A stretch of 64,000 nt of DNA from Candidatus Latescibacterota bacterium (GCA_965248435.1 OZ252100.1:1184001-1248000); one strand, 5' to 3'. Counted from the stretch's first letter, positions 1-10,144 are shown. Notes: generated from the letters alone by a model not told the origin. Numbers and translations are program-made.

Positions 1-153
1 AAACATCCAGCCGAGTTCCTTTTCTGCCATTGCTCCAAAGATGTGACCGATCATTTGTGCTTCATCGCCTTCAAACTCAGCTACGCCATCCAGCGCATCC
101 TTCTCTAGGAGAAGCAGGAAGGTTTTCCCGTCTGGTATCTTGATAGTCTTCAT
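1..153 (-). CDS. Hypothetical protein, runs off the window edge (MKTIKIPDGKTFLLLLEKD...)
   Basis: ATG at 153 preceded by a GGAGGGG SD-like sequence; frame is open to position 1. Confidence 0.5.
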   Translation of the reverse strand, partial: MKTIKIPDGKTFLLLLEKDALDGVAEFEGDEAQMIGHIFGAMAEKELGWMF

Positions 154-218
154 TTCCAATCCCCTCCATTTCGAAGTGGGGTGCCCTGGCCGATTAGGTA
201 TGTTGAATCCCCAGCTTG

Positions 219-455
219 CTATGGGATGAAAGTCGAGTTGTCCGTGAACGTGTATTCAGTCATAGGTTCTAACGCGTCCTTTCGAATTTTGCCGTGAAAC
301 TCCACCACGGCATCTTCCAGAGCCTGCCTCAACACATCTGTGATAGCGCCTACTTCACCCTTAGCCTCGTACCAAACTCTCTTGCCGTCCCACGTGCCGC
401 TAACTACGATCGTGAAGTCCATCTCGTTAATGCCCTTCTGTTTCTCCGTTGGCAT
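219..455 (-). CDS. Small hypothetical protein
   Basis: 78-aa ORF with GGAGG/GAGG upstream; part of a run of small minus-strand ORFs. Confidence 0.5.
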   Translation of the reverse strand: MPTEKQKGINEMDFTIVVSGTWDGKRVWYEAKGEVGAITDVLRQALEDAVVEFHGKIRKDALEPMTEYTFTDNSTFIP

Positions 456-734
456 CCTCGGCCTCCGTGGAAAGTGTAGTTGTTGGGGAGAATTTTAAGG
501 GGCTGGAGAACCTCTCCCTCAGATCGTGTTATTCTGAAATCCTCCAGCCCCTTGGGTTTGTCAGCTCGCAGGCATCAACCCCTTTCTCCTCTTGCCTTAA
601 ACCGAGGATGGTCTCATATTAAGAGACCCCTCGGGTGTGCTCCACCACAGTGGCTTTGACGGGTTCTTGGTTGTCAGGCCTGACCCGTTTCAGCTACGGA
701 CACATTCGGGGGTTTGCTACGTCTAGAAGCCTTT

Positions 735-934
735 CTAAGTCGTAGTGCTTTGCCTAGCTTTGAGTTTCTTTACCGTTTCGTGAATCCCTTGGCTGGCCCT
801 TTCTTTGAGATGCTGCTTCAACTCCTCTACGTATTCTTCTGCCTTTCTCGGAAATTCTAACCCTCCCAGTGAATGAACAAAGCAATGCTTTCTTTATCTC
901 CATTTCTAAAGGATATACTTATTCTATCTCCCAT
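735..934 (-). pseudogene. Frameshifted small virus-like hypothetical gene (MGDRISISFRNGDKESIALFIHW / GLEFPRKAEEYVEELKQHLKER...)
   Basis: GGTGA SD then ATG at 934. The frame stops after 25 codons, but a shifted frame continues with protein-like sequence to a TAG at 735. Confidence 0.45.
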
Positions 935-1046
935 CTTCACATCACCCTTTAAAGAATCCATTATCCTTTAGAAGAATCTCCCCAGTGCTTTCGGAAGTAG
1001 CTGTATGCCGTCCTAATTCTGCTCCCACTTACTTTGCTTGCACCTT

Positions 1047-1703
1047 CTATTCGAGAATCATATCAAAGAGGTTATTTATTTCCTGCATTACTTGCGTATC
1101 TCCACCTCTATCAGGATGGAGGTGAAATGAGACTTTCTTCTTTAACTTCTTAACAGTCGCAATCTTTTCCTCTAGCCTTCTGAGTCGAGCTCTCAAATCA
1201 GAGACAGTTTCTCTTAGTGCATCTAGGGATTCTGCCTTTTTTTGCTTTGGTGGAAGGAGCGAATTTATCTTTGTACGAAGCGTGTCACGAGTGATCTTTT
1301 TTTTGAAAAGCTCTTCCTTGAGCATTTCGAACTCTGGCTGAGGAAGCTGTTTCTGAACTCGACGTAGCATTGCGATCTGGTTGTATGAGGGGACGAACGC
1401 GCTGTGATTTTTCCGTCTGACGGAAATCAGATGTGGAAAATGCTGTTCGATGAACTCTCGCCCTCTGATAATGTCGCTTGCTGCGGATCTCCCGAACCAT
1501 AGCTCTCCTGCAACATATGAATTGAAGCTTTCGAAGTTCCCAAACAGACGCCAAAGATTGTCCTTCTTTACCTCCATAAAAAGCTCACCTAGCTCCATCC
1601 AACATTGATGGTCTGGACGGAGTTGCTTCGCAAGCTGAAAGATCTCGGTTCGAACCCGGTTTGCGTGTCTCTGGCTACTTCCAGCTTTCTTTTTAGACGC
1701 CAT
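1047..1703 (-). CDS. Hypothetical protein with coiled coil and C-terminal J-domain-like HPD motif
   Basis: C-terminus KKVSFHLHPDRGGDTQVMQEINN resembles the J-domain HPD loop; the N-terminal part resembles small phage DNA-binding proteins. Confidence 0.65.
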   Translation of the reverse strand: MASKKKAGSSQRHANRVRTEIFQLAKQLRPDHQCWMELGELFMEVKKDNLWRLFGNFESFNSYVAGELWFGRSAASDIIRGREFIEQHFPHLISVRRKNHSAFVPSYNQIAMLRRVQKQLPQPEFEMLKEELFKKKITRDTLRTKINSLLPPKQKKAESLDALRETVSDLRARLRRLEEKIATVKKLKKKVSFHLHPDRGGDTQVMQEINNLFDMILE

Positions 1704-1788
1704 AACGTTTTATCTCAACTTTCGAGCCGAGCCCCGTGGGATTCTAAAGATTTCGGGCGTGTGACGCGTGTGCGATACGACCTTGCTG

Positions 1789-2010
1789 TTATATATAAAG
1801 GTTGGTAGATGTCCCAGCTCCTTGAGTTTGTTGCTCCAGATGAACGCGAAGGCAATCGAGGACGAAAACCTGAACGCCTCTGTTCGCAAGCTCTTCGCGA
1901 ATTGATGCAAGTCGCGTATATGGTCCGGGATTACCGCGCTGCTGTTCCGCCTCAGTCCAATACGCGAAAATCAGATCCGGCGTTGACGTTGATGATTCCA
2001 TCCTGAACAC
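1789..2010 (-). CDS. Small hypothetical protein
   Basis: GTG start after AAGGGG; closely follows the upstream ORF. Confidence 0.35.
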   Translation of the reverse strand: MFRMESSTSTPDLIFAYWTEAEQQRGNPGPYTRLASIREELANRGVQVFVLDCLRVHLEQQTQGAGTSTNLYI

Positions 2011-2019
2011 CCCTTATTC

Positions 2020-2214
2020 TTAAGCAGTTTGATCTGTGCCGCTTGTGCGCTTCAGCTTTGCGATTGCTTGCTGACCGCAGTGCAACTGGTTTACTAAGAT
2101 TCGCTCTGCTTCAGGTGAACCGTAGGGATGGTACTTTATTGCGCCTGTGGCCTTGTCATATTCAAGGATGTAGGCGGCGCTAACTCCGCCGTCCAGAATC
2201 TCCGGAAGGCTCAT
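2020..2214 (-). CDS. Small hypothetical protein
   Basis: 64-aa ORF in the tightly packed minus-strand run. Confidence 0.4.
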   Translation of the reverse strand: MSLPEILDGGVSAAYILEYDKATGAIKYHPYGSPEAERILVNQLHCGQQAIAKLKRTSGTDQTA

Positions 2215-2231
2215 TCGGTCGTCTGTCGTTG

Positions 2232-2450
2232 TTATCTTCCTTCTCCTCGTCGATCGGGTGGTTTCGCCGAACGCGGAAAAGTTGTGTCTTCGATAGACCC
2301 TCCTTGACTTACCTGCTTGAAAAGGACTAGATTCTCTAGCCCTGACTCCGGTCGGCTAAGAGCATTTGCGGATATTCCGTCGCCAAACGAATCCTCCGCA
2401 TTTGCCCTGGCTAGAGTTGGGGTTTGTTTACCCCACTCCGATATCTTCAC
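2232..2450 (-). CDS. Small hypothetical protein
   Basis: GTG start after GGAGAA; first ORF of the leftward run. Confidence 0.3.
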   Translation of the reverse strand: MKISEWGKQTPTLARANAEDSFGDGISANALSRPESGLENLVLFKQVSQGGSIEDTTFPRSAKPPDRRGEGR

Positions 2451-2535
2451 TTCTCCGCTGCTGTCTCGAATCTACCGACGGATCAAATATACGACTCTTA
2501 ATGAGCATGTGCACATTATTGTTTTTACAGTAGTT

Positions 2536-2574
2536 AGTCCAACATTATGGATAAAGAGTCCAACATTCTGGACT
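2536..2574. promoter_or_regulatory. Tandem palindromic operator-like sites in a divergent intergenic region
   Basis: AGTCCAACATTATGGA (2536-2551) and AGTCCAACATTCTGGACT (2557-2574), 21 bp apart, each of form TCCA-N6-TGGA. Confidence 0.6.
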
Positions 2575-2600
2575 ACTGCCGTTTTCGACGCTATGAGATC

Positions 2601-2615
2601 CGAAACCTTTATATA
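2601..2615 (+). promoter_or_regulatory. Archaeal-type BRE-TATA promoter
   Basis: CGAAACC-TTTATATA upstream of the rightward gene run. Confidence 0.55.
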
Positions 2616-2799
2616 GGTCGAGTATTGTTGCATGCTGCAATAATGCAAGACAATCGCAAGCGAACGACCAAGGTCGGCACTGTATGCGTATTTATCTGAG
2701 GTTGGGATTAAGTCGACACAGCCAGGGAGGATTGATTACAACGAAGTTGATGTAGACAGGGCCCTTGAAGCGATTGTTCAGGACGGCGACAATTTTCTC

Positions 2800-3327
2800 T
2801 TGGAAGGATTGTATTCCTATGCGTTGGACAATAATTCACGCATTGGCATAGACCTCGAGCGGCAAGACAGGATACCTGAGGACGAAAATGCCTTGGTTGG
2901 CAGAGGGAAGGAGCAATGGGTTGAATACTGCGAAGCTACTTATTCTTGTGGCGAATGGATTGGCATTGAACAAGATGAAAGGGTAGCACTTGGTCCCAGC
3001 GTCCCCATTTACAATCGTGATACTGGCCAACTAGAGCCATTTGATCCTGTTACATTCCACCCTCTTCCTTTTGAAATTGGGACAAGTGATCACGTTCAGA
3101 ACTATCGCACGCTCTACAATATTTACCAAAAAGCAAGGCAGCTTGGTTACGATTTGGTTAATGTACGGTTGCACAGTGGTGAATGGGCCACGAGTGACAA
3201 TACTGGATTTCAACTTGGGAGATGCGGAGGATATTTAGATGACCTCCCACCCGACTTCTCTCTCGATTATGAGGATATCTCTATTGCCCGGGAACGATAC
3301 AAAGAATTGCTTCCAGGCTTAGAATAA
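2800..3327 (+). CDS. Acidic hypothetical protein; start uncertain
   Basis: 175-aa ORF. The frame is open back to 2644, and an in-frame ATG at 2632 is cut off by a TAA at 2641. Confidence 0.55.
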   Translation: MEGLYSYALDNNSRIGIDLERQDRIPEDENALVGRGKEQWVEYCEATYSCGEWIGIEQDERVALGPSVPIYNRDTGQLEPFDPVTFHPLPFEIGTSDHVQNYRTLYNIYQKARQLGYDLVNVRLHSGEWATSDNTGFQLGRCGGYLDDLPPDFSLDYEDISIARERYKELLPGLE

Positions 3328-3347
3328 CTTGCTTCTTCTCAGAGATT

Positions 3348-6300
3348 ATGAAACCTATCCAGAGTAAAGAAGAGTTCGATGAGCTTGCGTGCGAGCACGG
3401 TTTCAAGACTCGCCGGGAACTGCTGGCTGCCTGCAAAAAAGTCGAGGGAATCAAAAAATCAACTCTGGAGAAAATCCGCAGCCAAAATTATAGAAATTTC
3501 GGACGAGTTACGCTCAGGGCCTTGGCAGAACTTCTTAGTCTAGTAGGCAAGGAGATTACTCCCTCAGAGCTCGATATCAAATTGGGATGGATCGAGCCGG
3601 TCACTGGCGAGAATACCCTCAGAGCTGGGCAGGACACCGGGCGAGACACCGTCGCAGAGAAGTTGGCAACGTTATCGGAGTCCCTACGAGCCAAACTTAG
3701 CGCCATTCACTATGAAGACAGGAACTTGAAACGCCTCACCGTGGGTCATAAAGGGGCTAATTCGAGTGAAGATGACGAGGTAATCACTGTCGCGCAGCTG
3801 TCGCGCAAGAAGTGTGCTCTTGTAATAGGTGAAGCCGGATTAGGGAAAAGCACCTTGTTGGATGATATTGCTCGGTATTCAGCCCTAAACAACCGAATCC
3901 CAGTCTATGTTGATCTTAGTATCCGAATCGTAGAAGAACTTGAGCATTTCGAGAGTCACGTCTGGGCATGTGCACAATCCTACAGGGGTGTAGACAACGT
4001 AGCATTCTCACCCTTAGACTCGAAGAGCACGGACGTCGTTTTTCTGTTTGACCACTTGGATTTGTCTCCTCGCCCCAGTGCGAATGAGATTCCTGAGGTA
4101 GTTCGCCTTGTTAATTCATTCCTTAACAAACAGGGGCGTCTGAAAGAGCGCGCCCAATTCATCGTGTGTTGCCGGACTAACTTCGATTCGTATTATCGAA
4201 AACTACATCCCAGTTTCGACTGTTTCGAACTGCTTAATCTCAATTCTGAAGACAACATACCCAGATTGTTGGAAGCCCATGGAGTCCCTTCTTTACTTTC
4301 TGATTCTTTGAGGGAGAGGGAGTTACTTGACTTTGCAAAAAACCCTCTACGACTTGTCCTATTAGCTGAGATTTACAAGGCTAATACCGAAGACGGCAAA
4401 GAGATCAGAATTCTGAAGGAGTCGGATATATATGACCAACATGTTGATCTGCATATTGAGAGGGAAATCAGAGAACGAGAGTTGAAGGCACCAAAGAGAT
4501 TAGTGAAAAGACTGCTAGCTCGTCTTGCATTTGAATCATTCACATCCGCGATCCCTGGAGCACAGGAGTTCAGAAGGGGTTGGGCAGTGGACTTTCTCCA
4601 AGAGATCTTGCCGAAAGCCGTTGGGACAAGCCAAATCAACGGGAGTCTAGTAATAGAAGGACTCATCAGCGGAGGCTTGATCACTCTCTCTTCAGATGGT
4701 AGACGGTTCGAATTCTATCATCCATTGCTTAGAGATTTCTTTTGTGCTCTGCATCTAGCAAGGAATAACTCTCAGGCCAATGCTTTAGAAATCTTACTCG
4801 CAAAAGCCGGCGACCCAGAGAAGAGATTAGGTCCCGAGTGGGAGAAAGTATTCTTGCTCTATGCGGGACTGGTAAAGGACGTCACCCCCCTTGTTGCAGC
4901 ACTAGCAGATAAGGAAGAAGTCCAAGACGACATTTTCCGAACAAACCTTCTCCTTGCCGGAAAGTGTCTTGCTTCTTCCACCCTAAGCCACGACAATCCC
5001 ACATACACGCAGGTCATGGATGAGGTCTGGGAGATGTTCTTACAAGCTGAGGATCCGAATTTCTTGGGGGAGGCCCCAGAGGTCCTTGGCAGTTACACCA
5101 GTCCGAGCTTCATCGACGATCTATTTACGAAGCTCAGAAGTCGAGATAAGGGAACTCAGTGTCGCAGCCTGATTGTGTTATCACTTTTGGCGACTAGAAG
5201 CGGAACAGTCACCCAGCAGCTATTGTCCTTGTTGGACGTAAGCCATAGGAGGATTCGCTCAATTAGGACGGAGCTAGTTGAGATACTAGCAGATCTTCAT
5301 TGCAATGATGCAGTTCAACCACTAGTCAAACTGCTGGGTGATAGCAGTGGTGATCTGAAAGGAACAGTCGCACGCAGTCTTGCGAGATTGGGAACCAGGA
5401 ATGCGATCGAAGCTCTGGTAGGACTTCTCAGGCAGAATCTGGAAGACGACTCTTGGCGCTTCGTTGAATTTGCCCTAGTCCACAGCAAATCGGAGATTGC
5501 GGTCGAACTTCTCGGTGAACTGTTGCTTGATGAAGACGTACCGTGGGAGGCCAGACTGAGAGCCATGACCCCTTTGGCATTGATTGGCTCAAAAAAGGCC
5601 ATTGAAGTGATATCGTGGGGTCTTGAAACCGAACTTAAGGGTCTGATCATTGCGGTATTGGCTTTGACGAGGTCAAATAGAGTTGTCGAGCTACTCAAGA
5701 GACTGCTGGAAGATGAAGATGTTCGGACGCAGACAATTTGGACTCTTGCGTGGATCGGAACGCCAGAAGCTCTTGAACCATTGATATCTCTGCTGAATGA
5801 CAAGACTCACGACTTAGCCCTCTGTGAAACCATCGTGCGGAGACTCAGGTATTGCGAAGCGGTGCGGAACACTACTTTCGATCTATCGGGGGCCCTTGAA
5901 GCTTTGCTGCAGTTGCTGAATAATCCAGATGTTGAGTTCAAGGCAGATGTCATTACCATATTGCGGGCGCCTGAAGCATGCGGGCTACTTGTGAATCTTC
6001 TCGAAACGAGCGACCCAGAAATACAGCGAGCGGCCGTTCGCGCTCTTGGCAGGAATGGCTGTGAAGAAGCCGTCAACAATCTAGTTAAGCTCTTTAGTCA
6101 TAGGATCTGGGATGCTGAGGAACCTTGGCCCTTGGGGCGTGTAATACTCCATTCAATAGAGTCTATTGGGACCCCGGAAGTCGTTTCTGTGCTACAGGGT
6201 ATAGCCTCTGATGGATCTGTCGAGGAGGTCTACCGGATGGACGCTCTGGAATCTCTTGATAAGATCGATTCGGGGGGTGGACATCTTCAAGACCAGGATG

Positions 6301-6728
6301 TTGAACCCGACTTCCTAGAGGCCCGAATCAAGGGACGCCCCTCACTCGCTTTGGAATTGAGTGACCCTGGCTTCGCCAGCAGTATCCTGATCAGCGAGTT
6401 AGTTCGAATCTGTGAAGAGAAAGACGAGTATGCCTATGGTGAGCATTGCGTCGAAGTCGCCAAGGTCCTTTTGCAGATTGGAGCTGGTGAGGGAATAGAC
6501 AAGCTAGTTTGCCTTCTTGGAAATGAAAACACCCCTGACACACTTCGAAGTGGGGTGGCAAGAGCGATGAAGGAAGTTCAACCATTCAGGGCTATCGAGG
6601 CTTTGTCTTGTTTGATCGGTGTGAAATCATTGAGGCCAGAAATCCTGGGTTTACTACACAACATTTCGGTTGAGACAGGAATAAGAATCACCGAGGACTT
6701 AATCCAGACATCTCCTGTTGGGGAGTAG
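3348..6728 (+). CDS. NACHT/STAND NTPase with HEAT (PBS-lyase-like) repeats and an N-terminal HTH-like segment
   Basis: Walker A GEAGLGKST, Walker B-like VFLFDHLD, VCCR sensor, NPLRL, winged-helix FYHPLLRDFF, and many HEAT-like repeats (AAVRALGRNG, LVKLLGD). Confidence 0.9.
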   Translation: MKPIQSKEEFDELACEHGFKTRRELLAACKKVEGIKKSTLEKIRSQNYRNFGRVTLRALAELLSLVGKEITPSELDIKLGWIEPVTGENTLRAGQDTGRDTVAEKLATLSESLRAKLSAIHYEDRNLKRLTVGHKGANSSEDDEVITVAQLSRKKCALVIGEAGLGKSTLLDDIARYSALNNRIPVYVDLSIRIVEELEHFESHVWACAQSYRGVDNVAFSPLDSKSTDVVFLFDHLDLSPRPSANEIPEVVRLVNSFLNKQGRLKERAQFIVCCRTNFDSYYRKLHPSFDCFELLNLNSEDNIPRLLEAHGVPSLLSDSLRERELLDFAKNPLRLVLLAEIYKANTEDGKEIRILKESDIYDQHVDLHIEREIRERELKAPKRLVKRLLARLAFESFTSAIPGAQEFRRGWAVDFLQEILPKAVGTSQINGSLVIEGLISGGLITLSSDGRRFEFYHPLLRDFFCALHLARNNSQANALEILLAKAGDPEKRLGPEWEKVFLLYAGLVKDVTPLVAALADKEEVQDDIFRTNLLLAGKCLASSTLSHDNPTYTQVMDEVWEMFLQAEDPNFLGEAPEVLGSYTSPSFIDDLFTKLRSRDKGTQCRSLIVLSLLATRSGTVTQQLLSLLDVSHRRIRSIRTELVEILADLHCNDAVQPLVKLLGDSSGDLKGTVARSLARLGTRNAIEALVGLLRQNLEDDSWRFVEFALVHSKSEIAVELLGELLLDEDVPWEARLRAMTPLALIGSKKAIEVISWGLETELKGLIIAVLALTRSNRVVELLKRLLEDEDVRTQTIWTLAWIGTPEALEPLISLLNDKTHDLALCETIVRRLRYCEAVRNTTFDLSGALEALLQLLNNPDVEFKADVITILRAPEACGLLVNLLETSDPEIQRAAVRALGRNGCEEAVNNLVKLFSHRIWDAEEPWPLGRVILHSIESIGTPEVVSVLQGIASDGSVEEVYRMDALESLDKIDSGGGHLQDQDVEPDFLEARIKGRPSLALELSDPGFASSILISELVRICEEKDEYAYGEHCVEVAKVLLQIGAGEGIDKLVCLLGNENTPDTLRSGVARAMKEVQPFRAIEALSCLIGVKSLRPEILGLLHNISVETGIRITEDLIQTSPVGE

Positions 6729-7150
6729 GAATGCGTACGTGCCCTTCGGTGGTAGGTGGTATGTGACGCGTATACTAGAACTGACCAAGACTTTTGTAGA
6801 TTGTCTAGACGCCAGTGAAGTAGCTCAGGTAGTTATGAGAGTAGGGCTCTCAAACAGGCTATGAAATCGAAGATGAGGAAGGTTGGCAGAGACACCTCCT
6901 TGTTCAGGCAATTTTGTGGGAGAATTTCGCAGAACCTGTTAAGGAAGGTGTGACCACTCGCCTCATTTACCTGCTGCTGACACCCATATCACTAAGGTCC
7001 TAGCAAGTTCTTGATTTTCTTAAGACTCTCTTGCCTGCAAACAAAGTCACAGTCTCTTGTATATCTAGAAATATCTAGAAAACCTCTCAAAGCATACCCG
7101 CCGATTAGAATTAGTTTTGGCTGTTGGAAATTCTTAGTGGCCTTGCTTAG

Positions 7151-7909
7151 TCTTTCAAGAAGAGACCCAATAACCTCTTCGCGGAGCTCTCTGGATATGC
7201 AAGGGACCTCTTTGAAAATGGACGCACAGCAGTAATTAGAAGTGACAACAGAGATCAGATTCTTAATTCCTTTGAAATCCCCAAGACTGTTTTGCAGAAA
7301 GTTGACAAGCTCACCCTCTACTTTGGTAGAAAATCTGAGTATCCTGGTTCAAGCATACCCGTAAATGGAGCAACGCATTATCCAATTGCTTATGCGAAGA
7401 ACGCAAAGGAGTTCTCATATCTACTGCAGCATATAGAGGGTGCAGAATTATACGGTCCAGGAGATGCGCTGACAATGAAGGGTTGGGAACGATTTCAAGA
7501 AATTGAGGAAAGGCGCCCATCCAGCAGGAATTGCTTTGTTGCGATGTGGCTTGACAAGAGCCAGGATGAGATATATGAGAACGGCATTGAGAAGGCTGTT
7601 AAGAAAGCGGGCTATCAACCGGTTAGAATCGACGAGGTCGAACACCTAAATAAGATTGATGACCTTATCATCGCTGAGATTCGCAGGAGCAAGTTTGTGG
7701 TGGCTGAGTTTACAGGACATAGATAGAATGTGTATTTCGAATCTGGATTTGCGATGGCGCTTGGCTTACAGGTGATACGTCTCTGCAAGGAAGATGAAAT
7801 CAACGATGCACATTTCGACACCAGGCAATACAACCACATTACCTGGAGAGATGCTGGCGATCTTTATGCAAAACTGCTAAACAGCATTAGAGCCAACATA
7901 GTTGACTGA
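7151..7909 (+). pseudogene. Nucleoside 2-deoxyribosyltransferase/TIR-like domain gene interrupted by an in-frame TAG
   Basis: CFVAMW...VVAEFTGHR, TAG at 7724-7726, then NVYFESGFAMALG...HFDTRQYNHITW in the same frame to TGA 7909. The frame is open back to 7151 with no ATG upstream of the TTG at 7292. Confidence 0.8.
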
Positions 7910-7962
7910 CTCGGTTCGAGGAAGCCGCCTTTACTATTTTCCAATTTGAAAGAGCCTGGACT

Positions 7963-9252
7963 ATGCAAGAACCGACTTCTACACTTGCCGACATCGCTGC
8001 CTATTGCGCCATCATTGGAGTGCTATTCTCCGTTGTTTACGCCGTCTGGAGAAGGAGGTCAGTGGCTTTCGTCTCTATAGGTCTAATTGTGATTGGCGCT
8101 TCAGTGATTGCCTACAAGAGCGCTTGGCTTCGTGCGTTGGAGATTGTTGGAGGCCTTCCAGGTCTGTTCTTTTCTGCTTTCAAGTATGTAGCTTGGGATC
8201 ACCCCATCATTCTTGCATCTGGAATCATCGTGCTGCTTGTGGCCAAGAATCGGAGGCTTGCAAAGGTGGTTACTGGTTTAAGAGAAAGGCTGAAGAGCAC
8301 TGGATTGGATAAGCCTTCTGGTCCCTTAGAACTGTTCGAGACTGAAATAAATCAACAGATGGATCGCCTAATTTCCCACCTGCCAAGAGAATGGACTCCC
8401 AAAGAAGCATTCCAGAAAGGATGGGCGGGCTGCGACACGTTAGAAGTTCCGGCAGAAGAGCTCCTCAGACCCTTCGTGCTCACCCTTAGATTGCATCCCC
8501 AAAAAAACAACGATTGGAGAGCTGGAGTTTTCTTCTTTAAGGATATGAAAAGAGATTCCCCCAGAGTCATCTTCCACGCCTCTCGGGACACTAATCATAT
8601 GGGGGAGATTGGATATTCTGCTTATCTCTATTGGGACCAGGACAAACTCACGCTTCGAGATGCAGAAGATGCTCTGAAGCCACCAAAAGCAATCTGCGGC
8701 TTGTCTCTTGGTTCTGGATTGATGAGGCTGGTCTTCCTTAAGCACTGCTTGATTCTCTCTCTCGACGACGTAGCCTGGGTGTTGACCAACGACCATTTGG
8801 AGATTGAGAACCTTGGAAATCCGTATCTAGCTCACTGGTGGGAAGGTGGGTTCTCGCAAGTCTTCTTTAAGGATGTTAGTGTTCAAAGAACCGTATCGAA
8901 TGCAGAGATACTGCTGTTAGAGCATCTCGCCAAAACTACCGGAAGGTTGGTTAGCACTATCAAGATGAACCCTAAAGTGCTCGAAGCTTTTGAGAAGCTT
9001 CGATTTCTTCGCTCCATCTTGAACAAGAACAAGTGGGACACGACCGTGTTGTATAGAGAGCTCAGAGATTTCCTTATGGAGAACAAGATGAAGCATCCTC
9101 AAGTAGACGTGGATGCTCTCCCAACCTTTGATTCTGACGCGGCTGAACAGGCCATATTGCTTGCTTGGTCCAGAGGATTTCTGACTCCACTTAAGCTTGG
9201 AACGGATGATCTCGGGAACGTCTTCCTGAAGTTCAATCCTGAAAGCCAGTAG
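7963..9252 (+). CDS. Hypothetical membrane protein
   Basis: 429-aa ORF with several N-terminal hydrophobic helices followed by a soluble domain. Confidence 0.75.
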   Translation: MQEPTSTLADIAAYCAIIGVLFSVVYAVWRRRSVAFVSIGLIVIGASVIAYKSAWLRALEIVGGLPGLFFSAFKYVAWDHPIILASGIIVLLVAKNRRLAKVVTGLRERLKSTGLDKPSGPLELFETEINQQMDRLISHLPREWTPKEAFQKGWAGCDTLEVPAEELLRPFVLTLRLHPQKNNDWRAGVFFFKDMKRDSPRVIFHASRDTNHMGEIGYSAYLYWDQDKLTLRDAEDALKPPKAICGLSLGSGLMRLVFLKHCLILSLDDVAWVLTNDHLEIENLGNPYLAHWWEGGFSQVFFKDVSVQRTVSNAEILLLEHLAKTTGRLVSTIKMNPKVLEAFEKLRFLRSILNKNKWDTTVLYRELRDFLMENKMKHPQVDVDALPTFDSDAAEQAILLAWSRGFLTPLKLGTDDLGNVFLKFNPESQ

Positions 9253-9627
9253 CTTTTCTACAGAGAAACTCCTCTTTTCCTCTCCCTTCCAAAGTTAGCT
9301 ACCCAACTACAGCAGAAACCCATAAAAGGCACTCTCCAGAGCCAGCTAACCCTTTAAGGCTCTCTGCTGGACCTCCCGCGGGTTCCCGCACCCTCCTGCA
9401 GCCACTTCCTCCGAAGAAAACATCTCATCCTGAAATCATAAAAGCCACTCTTCTGAGAGGAGCTAGGCATTTAAGGTTTCGGATGAAAGCGGTTTCTCAA
9501 GCTCAACCACTTGAGAGCCAGAAAACCATTCCTGAAGTCATTCTCCTTTTCTGTCTCCTTCTATTGGAATTGAAACAGTGGGGTTCATTGAGAAAAATGA
9601 GCTACTAAAACTGTGAGGTGATGTGGA

Positions 9628-9987
9628 ATGACATCAAACAAGAACGATTGGGTTTCAATGGAACCTGAAATTTGGAAGTATGAAAACAAAGGAGACGAGC
9701 TCGAAGGCGTGTTAGTTGCCAAGATTCCTAATGGTGGGAAGTTTGGGAATGAGAGCTATCTCATAGAAAACAAGGCTGGGAGATTTACTGTGTTTGGAAC
9801 AACAATCTTGGAGAGGTTGATGAAGACAGTAGATGTAGGAGCTGAAGTGAGAGTCGTCTACAACGGCATTGGAAAGAACAAGAAGGATGAAGATATGAAG
9901 CTGTTCTCCGTGTTCCAGAAAAAAGCAAGTGTGGAAGAAAAGAGTGAAGGAGAGGGTGGAATTCTCTCTTCATCTGGTGGTGATTGA
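9628..9987 (+). CDS. Putative OB-fold / single-strand-binding-like protein of archaeal mobile elements
   Basis: WKYENKGDELEG...TVFGTTILERLM...GAEVRVVYNG pattern, acidic tail, GAGGTGA SD. Family assignment is from memory. Confidence 0.6.
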   Translation: MTSNKNDWVSMEPEIWKYENKGDELEGVLVAKIPNGGKFGNESYLIENKAGRFTVFGTTILERLMKTVDVGAEVRVVYNGIGKNKKDEDMKLFSVFQKKASVEEKSEGEGGILSSSGGD

Positions 9988-9988
9988 G

Positions 9989-10141
9989 ATGGGCAAGATG
10001 AAAAAATACAGAACAAAGTGCTGGATTGAAGTTGAGCAAGAAGAGGATGTGTTAATGAACAAGAAAGAAGCAGAAGAAGAGCTGGAACATCTCCAAACTC
10101 TACATCCAGACAATAGGTATGAAATTGAAGAGGTGGACTGA
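9989..10141 (+). CDS. Small acidic hypothetical protein
   Basis: GGTGGTGA SD then ATG at 9989; abuts both neighbours. Confidence 0.5.
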   Translation: MGKMKKYRTKCWIEVEQEEDVLMNKKEAEEELEHLQTLHPDNRYEIEEVD

Positions 10142-10144
10142 AAA

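Noticed and set aside
3488-6585. Antisense ORFs inside the NACHT gene, and similar shadow ORFs inside other long genes
   Set aside because: They overlap well-supported genes on the opposite strand and have no motifs.
7724-7726. Genome-wide TAG recoding
   Set aside because: Many genes end at TAG at sensible positions (6728, 20450), so a point mutation is simpler.
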